A DNA stretch of 61,916 bases, filler included, from Globobulimina sp. (lineage: Eukaryota), in the NCBI GenBank assembly GCA_003354225.1. It is 21 parts of 21 records of this genome, joined end to end, with 100 filler letters (N's around TTAATTAATTAA, not from the genome) between each part and the next. Parts side by side here need not be neighbours in the genome. Positions count along the whole stretch, not along the records: positions 47,266 to 50,116 come from PIVH01004623.1; positions 50,217 to 53,066 come from PIVH01004624.1; positions 53,167 to 56,016 come from PIVH01004625.1; positions 56,117 to 58,966 come from PIVH01004626.1; positions 59,067 to 61,916 come from PIVH01004627.1; 16 more parts are not named here. One strand, 5' to 3'. Shown piece after piece: positions 47,400 through 60,393 of this stretch. Each line of letters begins with the position of its first letter. The first letter of the stretch is position 1. Under the pieces are notes generated by a model. That model saw only the letters and a list, made by a program, of their open reading frames with translations. It searched no databases and had not been told where the DNA came from. Both the position numbers and the translations under genes were made by a program.

Positions 47400-48090
47400 T
47401 TATAAACAAATATAAACAAAAATTATTTGGAATTGGAGCCAGATAAAATTAACATCAACTTTCGTTTCATCTTTTTCATCGATGTTACTCTCGGAGACGG
47501 AGACATAATGAACTCTGATTTCTGTGTTTTTGATATACAAACCATGCTTTGGTTGACATTTGAAATATGATATTTTTTTCCCTAAATAAGCTGAATGAAT
47601 TTCTCCATCACAATCCCCAAACGGTTCAGATAATTCAATGCCAAAATATACTGTTCTCTGAGTACAATTTTGTGAAAATGTAAACTGATTAAACCAGTGA
47701 TGCTGTTAACATACCATAGTTTTATCAAAAGCAGGGATTCCAACATAACTGGCCATGGATATATTAATTATACACAAAATTGTAGGAAAAGAAGGAATAA
47801 AAGGTACCGGATAATTGCAGTTGTGTTGAATTGTGGACAATCAATTTTATCTCCAATAGTAAATCGGATGGATTTTGATGTTTTTGATGTTTTTGTGATT
47901 TTTGAGATTTGAGTGAAACGTCCAGTTAGTTTATCTTTTTTTGTTCTGAAATATCTCTTATTTTTGATGCAACCATTATTTTTACCTTTACCTTTTTGAA
48001 CATCAATACCATAAAATGCACCTTTTTTGCCTTTGACTTCTCCAATGAATTTACAAATTCCAATCGCTCCATCAGCCATTTTTACCTTTG
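47400..48090 (-). pseudogene. CAP-Gly domain protein (two domains), second domain apparently disrupted
   Basis: First domain GICKFIGEV....FYGID...GKNNG....RYF. Second domain YFGIELSEPFGDCDG...YFKC..KHGLY is preceded by in-frame stops. Confidence 0.7.
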
Positions 48091-48389
48091 TGATATATGT
48101 ACATTATCACAAAAAATTATTTAGACCATCCAACACCTTCATACCTCATCATATAAGTGCACATCGATATTCATTTCACTGTTTGCTTCCTACACAATGG
48201 AAAGAAAAGTTTTGTAGTTTTCTAGTGATGACGTTAAGCGCGCGTGAATGAAACTGATTGAAGGCCATTGTTTGTTGCGCTGTCTAAAACACTCATCGTT
48301 TAAGTCGCAGATAGTAACTATGGTCAATAATTATGGTCCTATAGCTACTCAAGAATAAATCAAGAATGTATGATGCAATAATAAATCAA

Positions 48390-49574
48390 TTAAGATTGGT
48401 TCATTAAATTTCTATTTTTCTTATTATTGCTATTTTTCTTTTTCTTTATTTTCTGTTTTTTATTTCTGTCTCGTAATGCTTTCATTTTTTTGGTTTTTAA
48501 GTTTTTAAGATCCTGATCTTTGTGTTCGATATAAATTCTTCCTCTTCTTTCGTTTAACAATTTATCCAAATACACATTCTTTTGCTTCGGTCGCTTGACT
48601 ATTAATTGCTTATTAACTCTGTGTTTCGACTGTCGAACTATTTCATCATTTCCATTTTCAAATCGTCGTAGCATCAAATCCATTGCGGGACCAATCTCCG
48701 TTAAATGTACATATGGCAATTTATTATGCGATGAGGACTGATATTCAATTTTATAATGCCTTAAACACAAACGACAAACATCAAAATAAAAACGGCAGCA
48801 TTTGTAAAAGACCCATACCTGAACATAATAATTGGACCGTTTCCATTTGCATTTAATTTGTACTCATTCTGTTTTTCAACGGCAACTTCATCCAAATTGA
48901 TGACCGTGAATACAATCACATGATCCAATGTTATTAAATTGAATTTTTTCATAATTTCGCCATTAAAATAGTCCACAAAAAAACTCTTTATATTTTTCAA
49001 CAATGGGTCATTTTGAAATGATTCCCCTTGGAATAATAACGCTGGTTTCGATCCATAACTAAATGATTTATTATTTACATCGTTTGATTTGTGGTCAATT
49101 GTGCTTTGAAAAGAATTTACAGATTGATAGGTCGCAGAATCAACACCAAATTCATACATATCCACTAAATTAAAATCGAACATTCTGCCAAAGATAATAT
49201 TATTTTTTCTTTTTTTGCTGTTTGAACAGAATGCAAATAATGAACAGTCGTTCTTGTTGGATAAGAATGAGACCGATGAGAAATCTTCAAAGGGGCGTTT
49301 ATCATTTCTGCGAGTAAAATGAAGGGAGTATGGTGCTTTCAATTTGTGCTATGTTTTGTGATTGATTGTGATTTGTGGTTTGATTATTGTATGAATATGA
49401 TGACTAAACTAAATCTTTCATGATTTCATTCATTATCGGTGTTGTTTTTTTGCCTCTTAATAAGAGCTGTTTCTTAGGGTCTTCAATGACTTTTGGGGCA
49501 CGAGCCCTTAATGCTCGTTTAGCACGAGATGTTTTGGGCTGCTCCATTCTTATTCGTAAGGCTGCTTCGCTCAT
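48390..49574 (-). CDS. RPF2: Ribosome production factor 2 (Brix domain)
   Basis: Exon 1 PKTSRAKRAL..RAPKVIEDPK, then PFED..S..FLS.KNDCSLF...SKKR.NNI.FGRMFD and LTEIGP.MDL. Two short introns. Confidence 0.92.
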
Positions 49575-49743
49575 GGCGTGATGGTGATGTGTGAGTTTAT
49601 GTTTTTACTGTTTTTCTAAGCTACTGTTTTTTTACTGTTTTACCAACTTGGTATTAAGTACATGAGTTTTGCTTTGTTGTTAGTCTGGAATCGAAGGACA
49701 AACATTCCATGTACACAAATTAGTGTTTCACAACAAAACGTTG

Positions 49744-50116
49744 TTACATTATTCTGATAGCAGACAATATGATATTAATATGGCCTAATTTTGTAATTCC
49801 GATTGCTTTCAGTTGTTCCACATCCAATTGTTTGACAGCAGTTCTATTTTCAAATCCATTCTCGATAAATAAATTTATATATTCAGTTTTATTGCATTCA
49901 TTTATTTCAATATTATTATCAAACCATTCTTTTATCCATGCGAATGCATTATTGTCTCCTTCATTTTGCCCTTCATTTTCTCCTTCATCATTGACAGGTG
50001 CATGTGCTACAATTTTGTATGCAAATTCCAATTTTTGATTGCAATTATTATCGTTTCTTAATATTTTGCTTTCATTTGCAGCGCCAGGTTGCTCCCACTT
50101 GTTATTTGCATTAAAC
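49744..50116 (-). CDS. C-terminal SAM-domain protein fragment
   Basis: EWF...EYINLFIENGFE....KQLD.EQLKAIGITKLGHINIILSAI. Confidence 0.8.
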
Positions 50117-51390
50117 NNNNNNNNNNNNNNNNNNNNNNNNNNNNNNNNNNNNNNNNNNNNTTAATTAATTAANNNNNNNNNNNNNNNNNNNNNNNNNNNN
50201 NNNNNNNNNNNNNNNNATTTTGCATCGGATTTGGATAGATTTACATCGCTTTGTAATATACGTCAAGAAAAGTATTGTAAACTGTACATATTATTTGGAT
50301 CTAATCTAAATTAAAATCAGAATACGCTCCCAAAATAATCATCAGATTAAGAAAAAGAAAACATTTTAATATAAACATACCATATGATACTGATTGAAAT
50401 CGATCCAATGAATTAATGGAGTCTGTGATGTTAAGAAAAGGAGCAAAGTAAATAGGCGCAGACAAAAGCAATATATTATGTTTTATTGTACATTTTATTT
50501 ATCAGATTCTAACGCGAATATTTAGTTATTTCTACATTGTGTCTTCAGTGAGAAGAACGGCAAAATTCATTAAAATGTGTTTCATCATTTCATTGATGGC
50601 AAAAGAAAATAAATAAAAATAAATTAACTGTTTAAATATAAGTTTAATGACTGGCGATTCTGTGTAGTTAGCCATCAACGCATAAATTGCCAGAATATCA
50701 TAATTATTTTGTGAAAGAGTCATCGTAATGTTATCATCCACAACAAAGTCAAAGTGTGTCATTCAAACATCTCTCATCATCCAAAAGGCACTCACCATCC
50801 AAAAGGCACTATTAATTATGTATAACCTGTTTAGTATTGTTATTTTAAATAAGAAATTACTAGAAAATAATGCGTGTATTATTGTGTTGAGTAATAAAAA
50901 ACGGAAAGGATATCACTTATTGTTCATAATACCAATGGATGGATGTCAATGATTGATAATCAAATGTAAATGGATCAGCATAACATGCATGTTTGTTATA
51001 TGTAACTGAAGTTTGTGATGAAGGAGTGATGTGTTGATGTTTGTTTTTGTAAAAAGTTTTTAGTTGTCAAGTATACAAATAAAACATGGGTTTTCTTTCT
51101 TTTATAACATATATCAAAATAGGAAGCTGTTCGATGTCTTGTGACTTCTTTTCTTTATTTCATTCATATTCTCAGTGTTTATAATATATATTTCTGCTCT
51201 GAATTCACACATTTTATATATAATCTTATATATACATCGTGGCCAATCATCAACTTTTGCACATATTAAAGTTTCACATTGGGAAACATCTTGACATGGC
51301 TGTAGAATTAGCAAAAAAACTCACTTGGAATCAAGGAAAAATGTCAATGAAACTGCACATAATTAATACAATACATATAGTAAACAACAC

Positions 51391-52212
51391 TCAATCCATC
51401 CACACAGAACTTGATCTACCACTTAAATTCGACTGAACATCTTGATCCTCATCGAAATAGTGTCTTCGTGATTCAAGCTGACTCAATAATGTTTGTTTCA
51501 TTCCTATACTTGCTCGTGTTCCATATGAATTTGTCAATCGTAAGCTAGATTTCCGTAATACTTTTCCTTGCTCAATTTGCCTCAACAACGACTTTCGAAC
51601 ATTGCTGATTTGTGGATCACGTCTAATTGCTGGACCAATATTTTTATTGTTCATTTCCAATGCATTTCCTGTCGATTGTAATTTTTTCCCTTTATGAATA
51701 TCTGATAAAAGTGCTTTGTTTAATGAAGGTAAGTTGTGTGGCTTTAATGAAGGTATCGCATCACGTGGAGGTGGCGGAGGTATTACTTGTTCCAGTTTGT
51801 CAATTGGTTCTTTTATTCTTCTGGAAGGAGGGGGAGGAATGGGTTTGTTGAATCTGCGTGGCTCAGGAGGTGGATTACTTTGTCTTAAGCTTGAAAGTTT
51901 TTGAGTTTTTTTGTTGGATTTAAATTTTGAGGACAGATTACTCCACAACACACTCCAAAATGGTTTGGATTGTTTTGACGATACAAGATGCAAATCGTCA
52001 TTTTCATTTGATTGAATGTTATGTAATGATGGTTCTCTTATTTCTATGCCAGGATATATTTTTTGTACTGTTTTATCTGGTACAATCTTGTAAATATCTG
52101 CATGTTCCACATCACAATACGTTTGAAGTGATGCTGAGTGGCGATAGTTTTTATTGTGCTTTTGAGGATGAGATAAATCGTCATTGTCTCTCGTACAACG
52201 GTTAAACAACAT
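51391..52212 (-). CDS. Proline-rich, tandem-WH2, VCA-like actin nucleation-promoting factor (may have upstream exons)
   Basis: Polyproline tracts, WH2 motifs ALLSDIHKGKKLQST and SLLRQIEQGKVLRKS, C-like LLSQLESRR, and an acidic tail ending VWMD. Confidence 0.75.
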   Translation of the reverse strand: MLFNRCTRDNDDLSHPQKHNKNYRHSASLQTYCDVEHADIYKIVPDKTVQKIYPGIEIREPSLHNIQSNENDDLHLVSSKQSKPFWSVLWSNLSSKFKSNKKTQKLSSLRQSNPPPEPRRFNKPIPPPPSRRIKEPIDKLEQVIPPPPPRDAIPSLKPHNLPSLNKALLSDIHKGKKLQSTGNALEMNNKNIGPAIRRDPQISNVRKSLLRQIEQGKVLRKSSLRLTNSYGTRASIGMKQTLLSQLESRRHYFDEDQDVQSNLSGRSSSVWMD

Positions 52213-53607
52213 CGTCTCTCTTCTTTGTGTATCAATTAACAGAAACAACGATGTAGTCTATCTGTTTTTGATATAAATTTCGGAGATGCAAATATTTGAT
52301 AAGTGCGAAAAGCCGTAAGCTTTACAATTATCGCTTGATCAGCTACATTAATTAATTTATTCTTATCTTTTTAATTTGATGACTAGCTCATTTCACGAAA
52401 GTCTTAATATCGGGGTTCTCACCTCATAGACGACAGGCAACGTCCATAAATCAAATGCCGCTTTCACTTTGCAATCAACATATGCAAAGTTTAGATATGG
52501 AATGATATAAAGAAACAGTATTTATACATCTTCGATTGTATGGTCATGTCATAATAATATGTATAAATAACATTGTTTCAGTTGCTGGTATGTTGTTTAC
52601 TTCTAGTAGAGATCCATATTTTGCAAAAAACGCTATAAAAGTAACTTTATTTGTTGTTTATAGCAGACAAACACTTTTATTAAATAGAAACGAAAAACAC
52701 TTTTATTACCCTACATGCCATATAAAATAGAAAATGTGAGACTCAAAAAGCAGAGAATAAATTACAAAAAATAAAATAGAAAAATGTGATGATGTGATTT
52801 GAACCCAAAAATTTGAGACAGCGCACCAAACATTTTCCAGAGAGGATGGAATGGTGATTGATATTAGAAATAATGGATATGGAACGATGTTATTCAATTG
52901 TGTATTTTTTGGTGATAAGACAAAGCATGCAAATACAGCAATATTACATCACCTCGATCCATACGGAGTTACGGACTCAATTTAATATGTTTATGCAGCA
53001 TATCAATATTGCTAAAGATCTCATGCACTGACTTTATTATTTTAAGATTTGATTTATAATTAATTANNNNNNNNNNNNNNNNNNNNNNNNNNNNNNNNNN
53101 NNNNNNNNNNTTAATTAATTAANNNNNNNNNNNNNNNNNNNNNNNNNNNNNNNNNNNNNNNNNNNNGAAATAACGTATAATCATTTGTTTCCAATCAATC
53201 GTATTAAATAACTATACTAAGAAGGATAAACATATGAAGGAATTGTACATGTACTTTGCCACACTGTATAGTTGTGTATTGTTGTTAATTGCTGGCCATT
53301 GTAATGTTTGTGAAATGTAAATCAGATTATGTGCAGTATTAAATCTGCCTGTTTTTGATTCTGGTGCAAAGTTAATAAATGTATCCGATCTGATATCAGA
53401 TGTCAATCGTTTAATAACATAATCTTGATAACTATAATAATCCGCAGATTCCAATATCAATGTTCATATTGTCTACAATTCACCATACAAAGGATATAAC
53501 CATTCGATATCGTTGATTGTTAACCATAATGCAGCTGAATTGAACTAGTAAACACATAATTGCTTAATTAACCAGTTTTTTCTTTTTCTATCTGACTGCG
53601 CTGAACA

Positions 53608-55625
53608 ATGCGGCCTTCATTAAGCTGTTTAACCAGTATCCCTCCGTCACCATCACAAGCGAGTTCAGGCTCTTCAGCAACGCCACTCATTGCACTCATC
53701 AATGGATTATCTGGCGGTCACAAAGGAGAGAAAGTGCAACGGAGACTAAAAAAAAACAATATCCATGCATTTGATCTGTTACTTCTATCAACAGACGATA
53801 GCTATTTCGACTCGTTTATAAGCAAACTCGTCGAAATATACGATTGTATGTACTATATGCATTATTCTGCCTTATTTTTATTCAAATATAATAAACATCA
53901 GCTCTAATCTTGGAAGAACTGCACACCATCAAACAGAAAACAAACGAGAACTTTCACCTCCATCCACGAATACTAATCGGCGGCGGAGACGGGTCCATTG
54001 CGTGGGCTTTCTCAATTTTAGACCGTGCGCTCTCAGACTCGCAAATATTGCGACTGTTTTGGCGCCGTTCACAAATAATAGACGATATTTCGAAAAATTA
54101 TGACGATGATACCATACAATCAAACATCAAATGGCAATTAAGTGTAAATAGTGCCATATCAGACGATTTTTATTATGGTTCGAACCATTCGCGCAATGAA
54201 GAGCAGCTTATCGGTGACATAACTTTGTCCTCATCGCATAACAGAAACTCGACAAATACCTTAGTTTTAACGCCATGTCTTAATGGAATAAATGGCACTA
54301 TTTCTACTGTATTTGATTTTGCAGCCAACGAGAATTACATTCAGCCGCTACCGCAAACTGAGACAAATGTTATTGTGGCATGCGGAGACAACGAAGAAAC
54401 ATTATGCATCCTACCTGATGTTGCGTACTTTTATTTTATTTTATTTTTATATTATATTTGCATAAATGCGCGTATTTAAATGATGTATAACTTAAAATAT
54501 ATAGCTTTTGAAAACTGACGAAGATACAATGCAATGTCCGTCCTCTGCCTCCTTATCGGAACAGGACGAAGTACGAATGATTGAAGATTTCATGAACGAA
54601 AATACGCAGAAAACCAAAGAAGAGGCTAAATACAACGACAGTTTATCAGAATCCATAGTGACTCACGAAGAGCTGCTATCTATCCGACGGCAGAAAAAAA
54701 GTGCTGCAGTCGATGGGAATAAAAAATCTATCCAAGATTTGAGAATACTACAAGGTATATATATATTTTCTATTTGTATACCAGATGTACGTCGACAATA
54801 TAACTGAATAAAGGGATATATGATTCTCGCATTGCACCAGCCGTTGCATTGATACCTTTGGGGACCGGCAACGACTTATCACGTTGCTTAGGGACAGGGT
54901 TTGCTTATCCAGGAAGCAAGGAATTAATACAACATTTACTCTCACAATACACCAAGGCGCCACTTACAAAATTAGATCGTTGGAAGATACAATTTCTAGA
55001 AAGCGATAAGCAAAGCATTAAAAATAGGCAAACCTCGGAAATGTTATGTTATTTCAGTGTTGGTTATGAAGGTCAGGTGGCTTACAAATTTGCGCAAGCT
55101 CGCAGCAGAAATCCAAAGCTGTTTGACCGGCCATGGAAGAATAAAATGCAATATTTATTATCCGGCATTGGTACAGGAATGGAGGAGGTCTTTCGGATAA
55201 CCAAGCCATTGAACGATGTGATTGAGTGCTATGTGGATGGCAAGAAATTAAAGCTGCCCTCGAATACGAGGAGTTTGGTCATATCAAACATTCAATCCAT
55301 GGCCGACGGCGTTTATTTCTGGGGCAAAGGACCGAATACAAAGAAAGATATCAAGGATTATAGTGCGCCGATGTTAGGCGATGGGAAGTTGGAAGTGATG
55401 GCAGCCAAAGGACTTTATAAATATTTGCAAACGCGAGTGGGCATATCGCATTATCGACGATTAGCACAGCCTAAGAAAGTCACCATTGTGATGAAAACGG
55501 AGTTGCCGATCCAGGTGGACGGGGAGTCATGGATTGAATCGCAAGGCGTGGTGCATATGTACTTATTACATCAGGTGTTTGCCGTTGTGGGTAAGAATGA
55601 GGCGAGAGGAGTGCAGATAATTTAA
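53608..55625 (+). CDS. DGK: Diacylglycerol kinase (catalytic + accessory domains, no C1 seen)
   Basis: INGLSGG, GGGDGSIAW, IPLGTGNDLSR, YFSVG, GDGKLEV and IQVDGESW. Multiple introns. Confidence 0.92.
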
Positions 55626-56116
55626 CTCTTTTTAAGGTGCACAAGTATATATATACAGTAAGTAATAATATATAAAAATGTATTGTATTGTATTTTTTTA
55701 TTTAAAATGATATGAAAAGTTGCATTTTAAAACGACTTTTTTTCATCCATGGATTTTTTTTTGATGATTATCATCTAATTATTTATGGCGTGCGGCGTGC
55801 CGAGATGATGTTTTTCATGATTTTTGAAGTAAAATCTGTTTTTAAAATGCAACTTTTTATATGTAATAAAGTGTTAGCTATCATTTGTACTCGAAAACAG
55901 TTGTTACCAATCGGACTTATGCACAGATCACAATCACAACATATGTCAAATTACTCCCTCTCTTTTTTATTTCCTATGTTGATTTGCACATTTCTTCTGT
56001 CTTTGTGTTCGTAATGNNNNNNNNNNNNNNNNNNNNNNNNNNNNNNNNNNNNNNNNNNNNTTAATTAATTAANNNNNNNNNNNNNNNNNNNNNNNNNNNN
56101 NNNNNNNNNNNNNNNN

Positions 56117-56427
56117 ATGTATTTGTGGGAGTCGCGGTGTTTGTGTTTCATGTATTTTGCTTTGGCGTCGCTGAGGCTGTTTGGTGGGTATTCGAATATT
56201 GATGGATGTGAGTGTGGCGATGGTGAGTGTTGGGTTGGAGGGAGGGAATCTTTCTTTTCTTCTTCTTGTTCGTGGCGAGCGGTGGGTGCGTCTGGGATTA
56301 ATTTTGGCTTTGGAGGTTTTGAAGCAGTGGGCGATTCTGCTTTAGGTTGGACATCAGATTTTGGTGAGATTGGTGGGTCTGATGTTTCTTCAAATATACT
56401 TGTGGACGCTTCAACAGAATCTGCCAT
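56117..56427 (-). CDS. N-terminal Pro/Ser-rich fragment of an unknown protein
   Basis: ATG-initiated ORF that stays open to the contig end. Confidence 0.5.
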
Positions 56428-56479
56428 GATTTAGGATGTTTTGAGTGTGGTTAGGTTTTTTCAGGTTTAATAATTCGGG

Positions 56480-57316
56480 ATGTTGAGGCTAGAAAAGTTG
56501 TTGAATCATTGCAATTCTATTGAATCTACGTTAAACAATTTCATATATAACGAATGTAGCAGCAATATGAAATATGTACATTTTTGGGGCATACCCAAAT
56601 CAAAATCGACACCAATTAACGCAGGAAATGTAGATGCTGAAATAGATAAAGATTGTAAGAATTTGTTGAGTGATATTATTGGTTATAATAATGGCTATGA
56701 ATGTGATACAGATGATATTATGAATTTATTTTTAAAATGGATAAATACAGCATTTAAATATTCGCCAAGATTTATAAAACATGGAAATGCCGTTTGTTTG
56801 TCAACAATGGCTAGGAATAATTGTCCATCCGCAAGATATGTGTTATTAAAAAGCATTGAAATTAATAATGGATATTTTATATTTTTTACAAATTATTATT
56901 CAAATAAATCATATGAAATAAATAATATTTCAAATAAAGCAGCAATGACATTTTATTGGGATAAATTGGATATATCCGTAAGAATACAAGGAGATATTCA
57001 TAAAATTGATAAGAATCTAAGTGATAAATATTGGAAAACAAGACCAAAACAAGCAAAATTAAGTGCAATTACAAGTAATCAGTCACAGACTATCAAATCA
57101 AAAAATGAATTGAATATGAAGTTAAAACAAAATGAAAATAATTATAAAAATGTGCAAAGTGAAAAGATTTCAAGACCAAATTTTTGGGGCGGATATGCAT
57201 TGCATGCCAATAAAATTGAATTTTGGAATGGACATAAATTCAGATTTCATCATAGGACATTATTCACAAAAAATAAAATAAATAATAAATGGAATATGGT
57301 CATCTTACAACCATAA
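56480..57316 (+). CDS. pdxH: Pyridoxine/pyridoxamine 5'-phosphate oxidase
   Basis: PSARYVLLK, FFTNYYSNK, FYW..L..SVRIQG, YWKTRP, RPNFWGGY, EFW.G...RFH.R and terminal LQP. Confidence 0.93.
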   Translation: MLRLEKLLNHCNSIESTLNNFIYNECSSNMKYVHFWGIPKSKSTPINAGNVDAEIDKDCKNLLSDIIGYNNGYECDTDDIMNLFLKWINTAFKYSPRFIKHGNAVCLSTMARNNCPSARYVLLKSIEINNGYFIFFTNYYSNKSYEINNISNKAAMTFYWDKLDISVRIQGDIHKIDKNLSDKYWKTRPKQAKLSAITSNQSQTIKSKNELNMKLKQNENNYKNVQSEKISRPNFWGGYALHANKIEFWNGHKFRFHHRTLFTKNKINNKWNMVILQP

Positions 57317-57402
57317 ACATGGCAATCAGAGGGTGTGATTTCTAATTCTTGCATGTGCAGTTTTGTAGTGTAGTACTTTGATTTAGGATTTTCTACTAAA
57401 GA

Positions 57403-58314
57403 ATGGCTAACAACTATTTGAAGAGCGGCAACATAATTACAGTCATCATCATTGTATTGTTTATATCACAATTTAATTATAAATTCATTGTACCACACAT
57501 TACCAAACAAACGATTCTTTATTCTCACAGCACGCACAATGCGAGCAAATTAAACCAAACAGGAAAGCAATCGTTTCCTTTCCATATCTTTCAAATTGGA
57601 GTGAATAAGTGCGGTACAACAGCATTTTCAAAATTCTTCGAAAATAACAATATCTCAGCCGCACATTCTTGGCCCAGACTGAAGATGCTTTCTCATAATA
57701 ACCGGCAGGAACCAGTTCTTATGGACTTTAGTGAGAAAATTATGTTCTATTCAGACTTTGAAGCGTGGATTAATTTCACGCGCGGAAATATATCGATGTA
57801 TAAATATCAAGTACTATTCAATCAATACAATGATTCTAAATTCATTCTCAATATTCGCAATATTAACGATTGGATTCGAAGTAAATTCTTCCATTACGTT
57901 GAAAAGGGACATTTCTTTATGGTGCAATGTCGGAAACCCATAGGTTGTCATAAAAAGTTTGTTAAACTAAAGAAGAAATGGTATCAACACAATTGTAATG
58001 TTCTAAGATATTTTAAATCAATCAATGAAACTGCAAATCTGTTTATATTTGATATTGATGAAAGCGACTCAATCTTCAAAATGGTTAAATTCTTTGATGG
58101 ATTTGGATTACATTTGAATGTGTCGTTGTGGGCAGTGGCAAATTCAAGGGCACAGAGGATTGATTGGGCGAGCAACACAACCAAAAGTTTACAGAAAGAA
58201 AGGGTCAAATTATGGAATCGAATTCTTTTGAAATATCCACAGTTGGCAGCTCAATTCGAAACTACAGAGTCTGAGTTTCAACGAATCAAAACATTCTGTG
58301 CGAGAAATAAATGA
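57403..58314 (+). CDS. Type II membrane (Golgi-like) sulfotransferase family protein
   Basis: N-terminal TM, 5'-PSB motif FQIGVNKCGTTA, and 3'-PB motif KFILNIRN..DWIRS. Confidence 0.78.
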   Translation: MANNYLKSGNIITVIIIVLFISQFNYKFIVPHITKQTILYSHSTHNASKLNQTGKQSFPFHIFQIGVNKCGTTAFSKFFENNNISAAHSWPRLKMLSHNNRQEPVLMDFSEKIMFYSDFEAWINFTRGNISMYKYQVLFNQYNDSKFILNIRNINDWIRSKFFHYVEKGHFFMVQCRKPIGCHKKFVKLKKKWYQHNCNVLRYFKSINETANLFIFDIDESDSIFKMVKFFDGFGLHLNVSLWAVANSRAQRIDWASNTTKSLQKERVKLWNRILLKYPQLAAQFETTESEFQRIKTFCARNK

Positions 58315-58478
58315 TTTTTTTTTTCGTTTTGGGCTTTAACCATTCTTTACAATTTGCTTTTTATTTTTAAATTGACGTTATTTTAAATATTCTTTCATAA
58401 CAAGCTAAAAAACGTCGAGAACCGTAGTTAATTTTTCAGCGTCAAAATTAATTGCGGTGATTCTCCATTAAATTGCAG

Positions 58479-58966
58479 TTAGTCAATCCATGATATCTTA
58501 TCATTTCGTTTCATAGAATTGAGTGTGGCAATGATAATAACCAATGCGCCCAACAAGCATTCTAACACAAAACTCCATATTCTTAATGTTTTCCCACTTT
58601 TATGGCAGATTCCCATTATAATTCTATTTATGACAATAAATGTTACCAATATGACCAAATTATTTACAGAAGCAACAAATAATGTAATTACAAGAGCTGG
58701 ACTTTTCTTTAAACTGTTTGGATTTGCTACTAACAATGCATTATATATAATATTTGTGAGTGATAAACCTCCAAAAAATATCCCAGCAGCTAAATCATGA
58801 ATTTTCTCCGACACTGAAATTGGAAACGAAAAGAATCCACAATCAACCATTTCATTTTCCTGTTCATACGATAATTGTAAGGACAGTTCACTTCGTGAAA
58901 TCTCTTCTATATTTTCTTGTTCTTGTTTTTTAATTAAAAACTCCTTAACAATTTCTTCCAGCTCAT
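58479..58966 (-). CDS. C-terminal fragment of a multi-pass membrane protein
   Basis: Three hydrophobic helices before the stop at 58479. Confidence 0.5.
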
Positions 58967-59191
58967 NNNNNNNNNNNNNNNNNNNNNNNNNNNNNNNNNN
59001 NNNNNNNNNNTTAATTAATTAANNNNNNNNNNNNNNNNNNNNNNNNNNNNNNNNNNNNNNNNNNNNGGATGGCAATAAAGGTTCAGCTTCATGATCATGA
59101 CTTGTTTTAGCGTTAGTTCGTCGACGCAGTGTTCCAATATTTGCCATTTAAAGCAAGAAGTTTTTTTCAAGTTGGTAGACTCAAAACATTA

Positions 59192-60346
59192 ATGGGAAAC
59201 TCACAACAACAACAAAAGAAACAAGAGAAAAAACCAACGCCACCAGATGGTCCAGATCCAAAATTATATGAATGGTCGAAAAATGCTGATGTACCACAAA
59301 ATTTAGATTTTGATATTTGGTATCCATTGATTAAAGAGCACACAATGAAATCAACATTAATTGAATGTTCAAAACAAGAAATTGAGGCAATTACAATTTT
59401 ATGTGATGAAAACAGACCCGGTGTATTAAGATCTGCGCAGCATAGATCATCAAAATTAACTGAAACACATCAAAAAACATTAAAACAATTACAATCAAAC
59501 ATTGATGAATTCATCAAAACAAACGATTTTCATAAACAAGGAATATTTGTTAGATTTTCCAAACGTTCCCCAAAAGATTCTGTGATGAGAATGGATAAAG
59601 AAAACTTTTATAAACATGTTGAAGAATATAGCCTGAAAATATTCAATCAGCAAAAAAATATTGAAAAATTAACTGACTTATTTGACAAAGATTCGTTAAT
59701 TGTGAATGCTGTGATACGTGGAATGACAGCCTGTTCGTGCATAGATTTATGTTGTTATAACGGACTCGATGCCGTTAATTTAATTTCGTTTTCACAGCGA
59801 ATATTTCAAGATTTTTTGCTTGGTTCGTTAATCGACGAAGATAATTTTAAGCCAAAATTAATTTTACGAGAATTCAATCATAGCATTGATTTTGAATATG
59901 AATTTAGAACATTTGTATTCAAAAACGAAATTACAGCGATCACGCAGTATAATTCACTTATATATTTAGCAAAGATTGTAAATAATAAAACGGAAATTCA
60001 AAATGGAATTATATCGTTTTGGGCAAATAATATTCATTCAAATATGAAAGCAAATGGAATTAGTTCGTATGTTATGGATCTTGGATTGTTAAAACAAGAG
60101 AGTGAGGACGAGAAAAAGAGCGATGATGATAGGTTTGAATTTGTGTTGATTGAAATTAATCCATTTTCAACAAATGCAGGTGCAATGTTATATAATTGGA
60201 AGGACGCAAAAGATGTTAGAATTATGACATCACCGCCTGTAACATTTAGAGTTTTAGAGAAACCATTTAATGAAAAACCAGAAAAATTGACATCTGAACT
60301 TGCTGATTTGTTTGATAATTTGTGTGCAAAAATGCAGTCACTGTAA
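59192..60346 (+). CDS. Cdc123/D123-like R2K ATP-grasp protein with a predicted N-myristoylation start
   Basis: WYPLIKEHT, FVRFSKRSPKD, EFRTFV....ITAITQY, YVMD and LIEINPF. Starts MGNSQQ. Confidence 0.82.
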   Translation: MGNSQQQQKKQEKKPTPPDGPDPKLYEWSKNADVPQNLDFDIWYPLIKEHTMKSTLIECSKQEIEAITILCDENRPGVLRSAQHRSSKLTETHQKTLKQLQSNIDEFIKTNDFHKQGIFVRFSKRSPKDSVMRMDKENFYKHVEEYSLKIFNQQKNIEKLTDLFDKDSLIVNAVIRGMTACSCIDLCCYNGLDAVNLISFSQRIFQDFLLGSLIDEDNFKPKLILREFNHSIDFEYEFRTFVFKNEITAITQYNSLIYLAKIVNNKTEIQNGIISFWANNIHSNMKANGISSYVMDLGLLKQESEDEKKSDDDRFEFVLIEINPFSTNAGAMLYNWKDAKDVRIMTSPPVTFRVLEKPFNEKPEKLTSELADLFDNLCAKMQSL

Positions 60347-60393
60347 AATATTAATCTAGAAAGTTTTCACTAAATTGACTACAAGCAACAAAC

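Noticed and set aside
50217-51390. Short ORFs and a 15-bp duplication (CATCCAAAAGGCACT x2)
   Set aside because: No recognisable domain; consistent with intergenic or decayed sequence.
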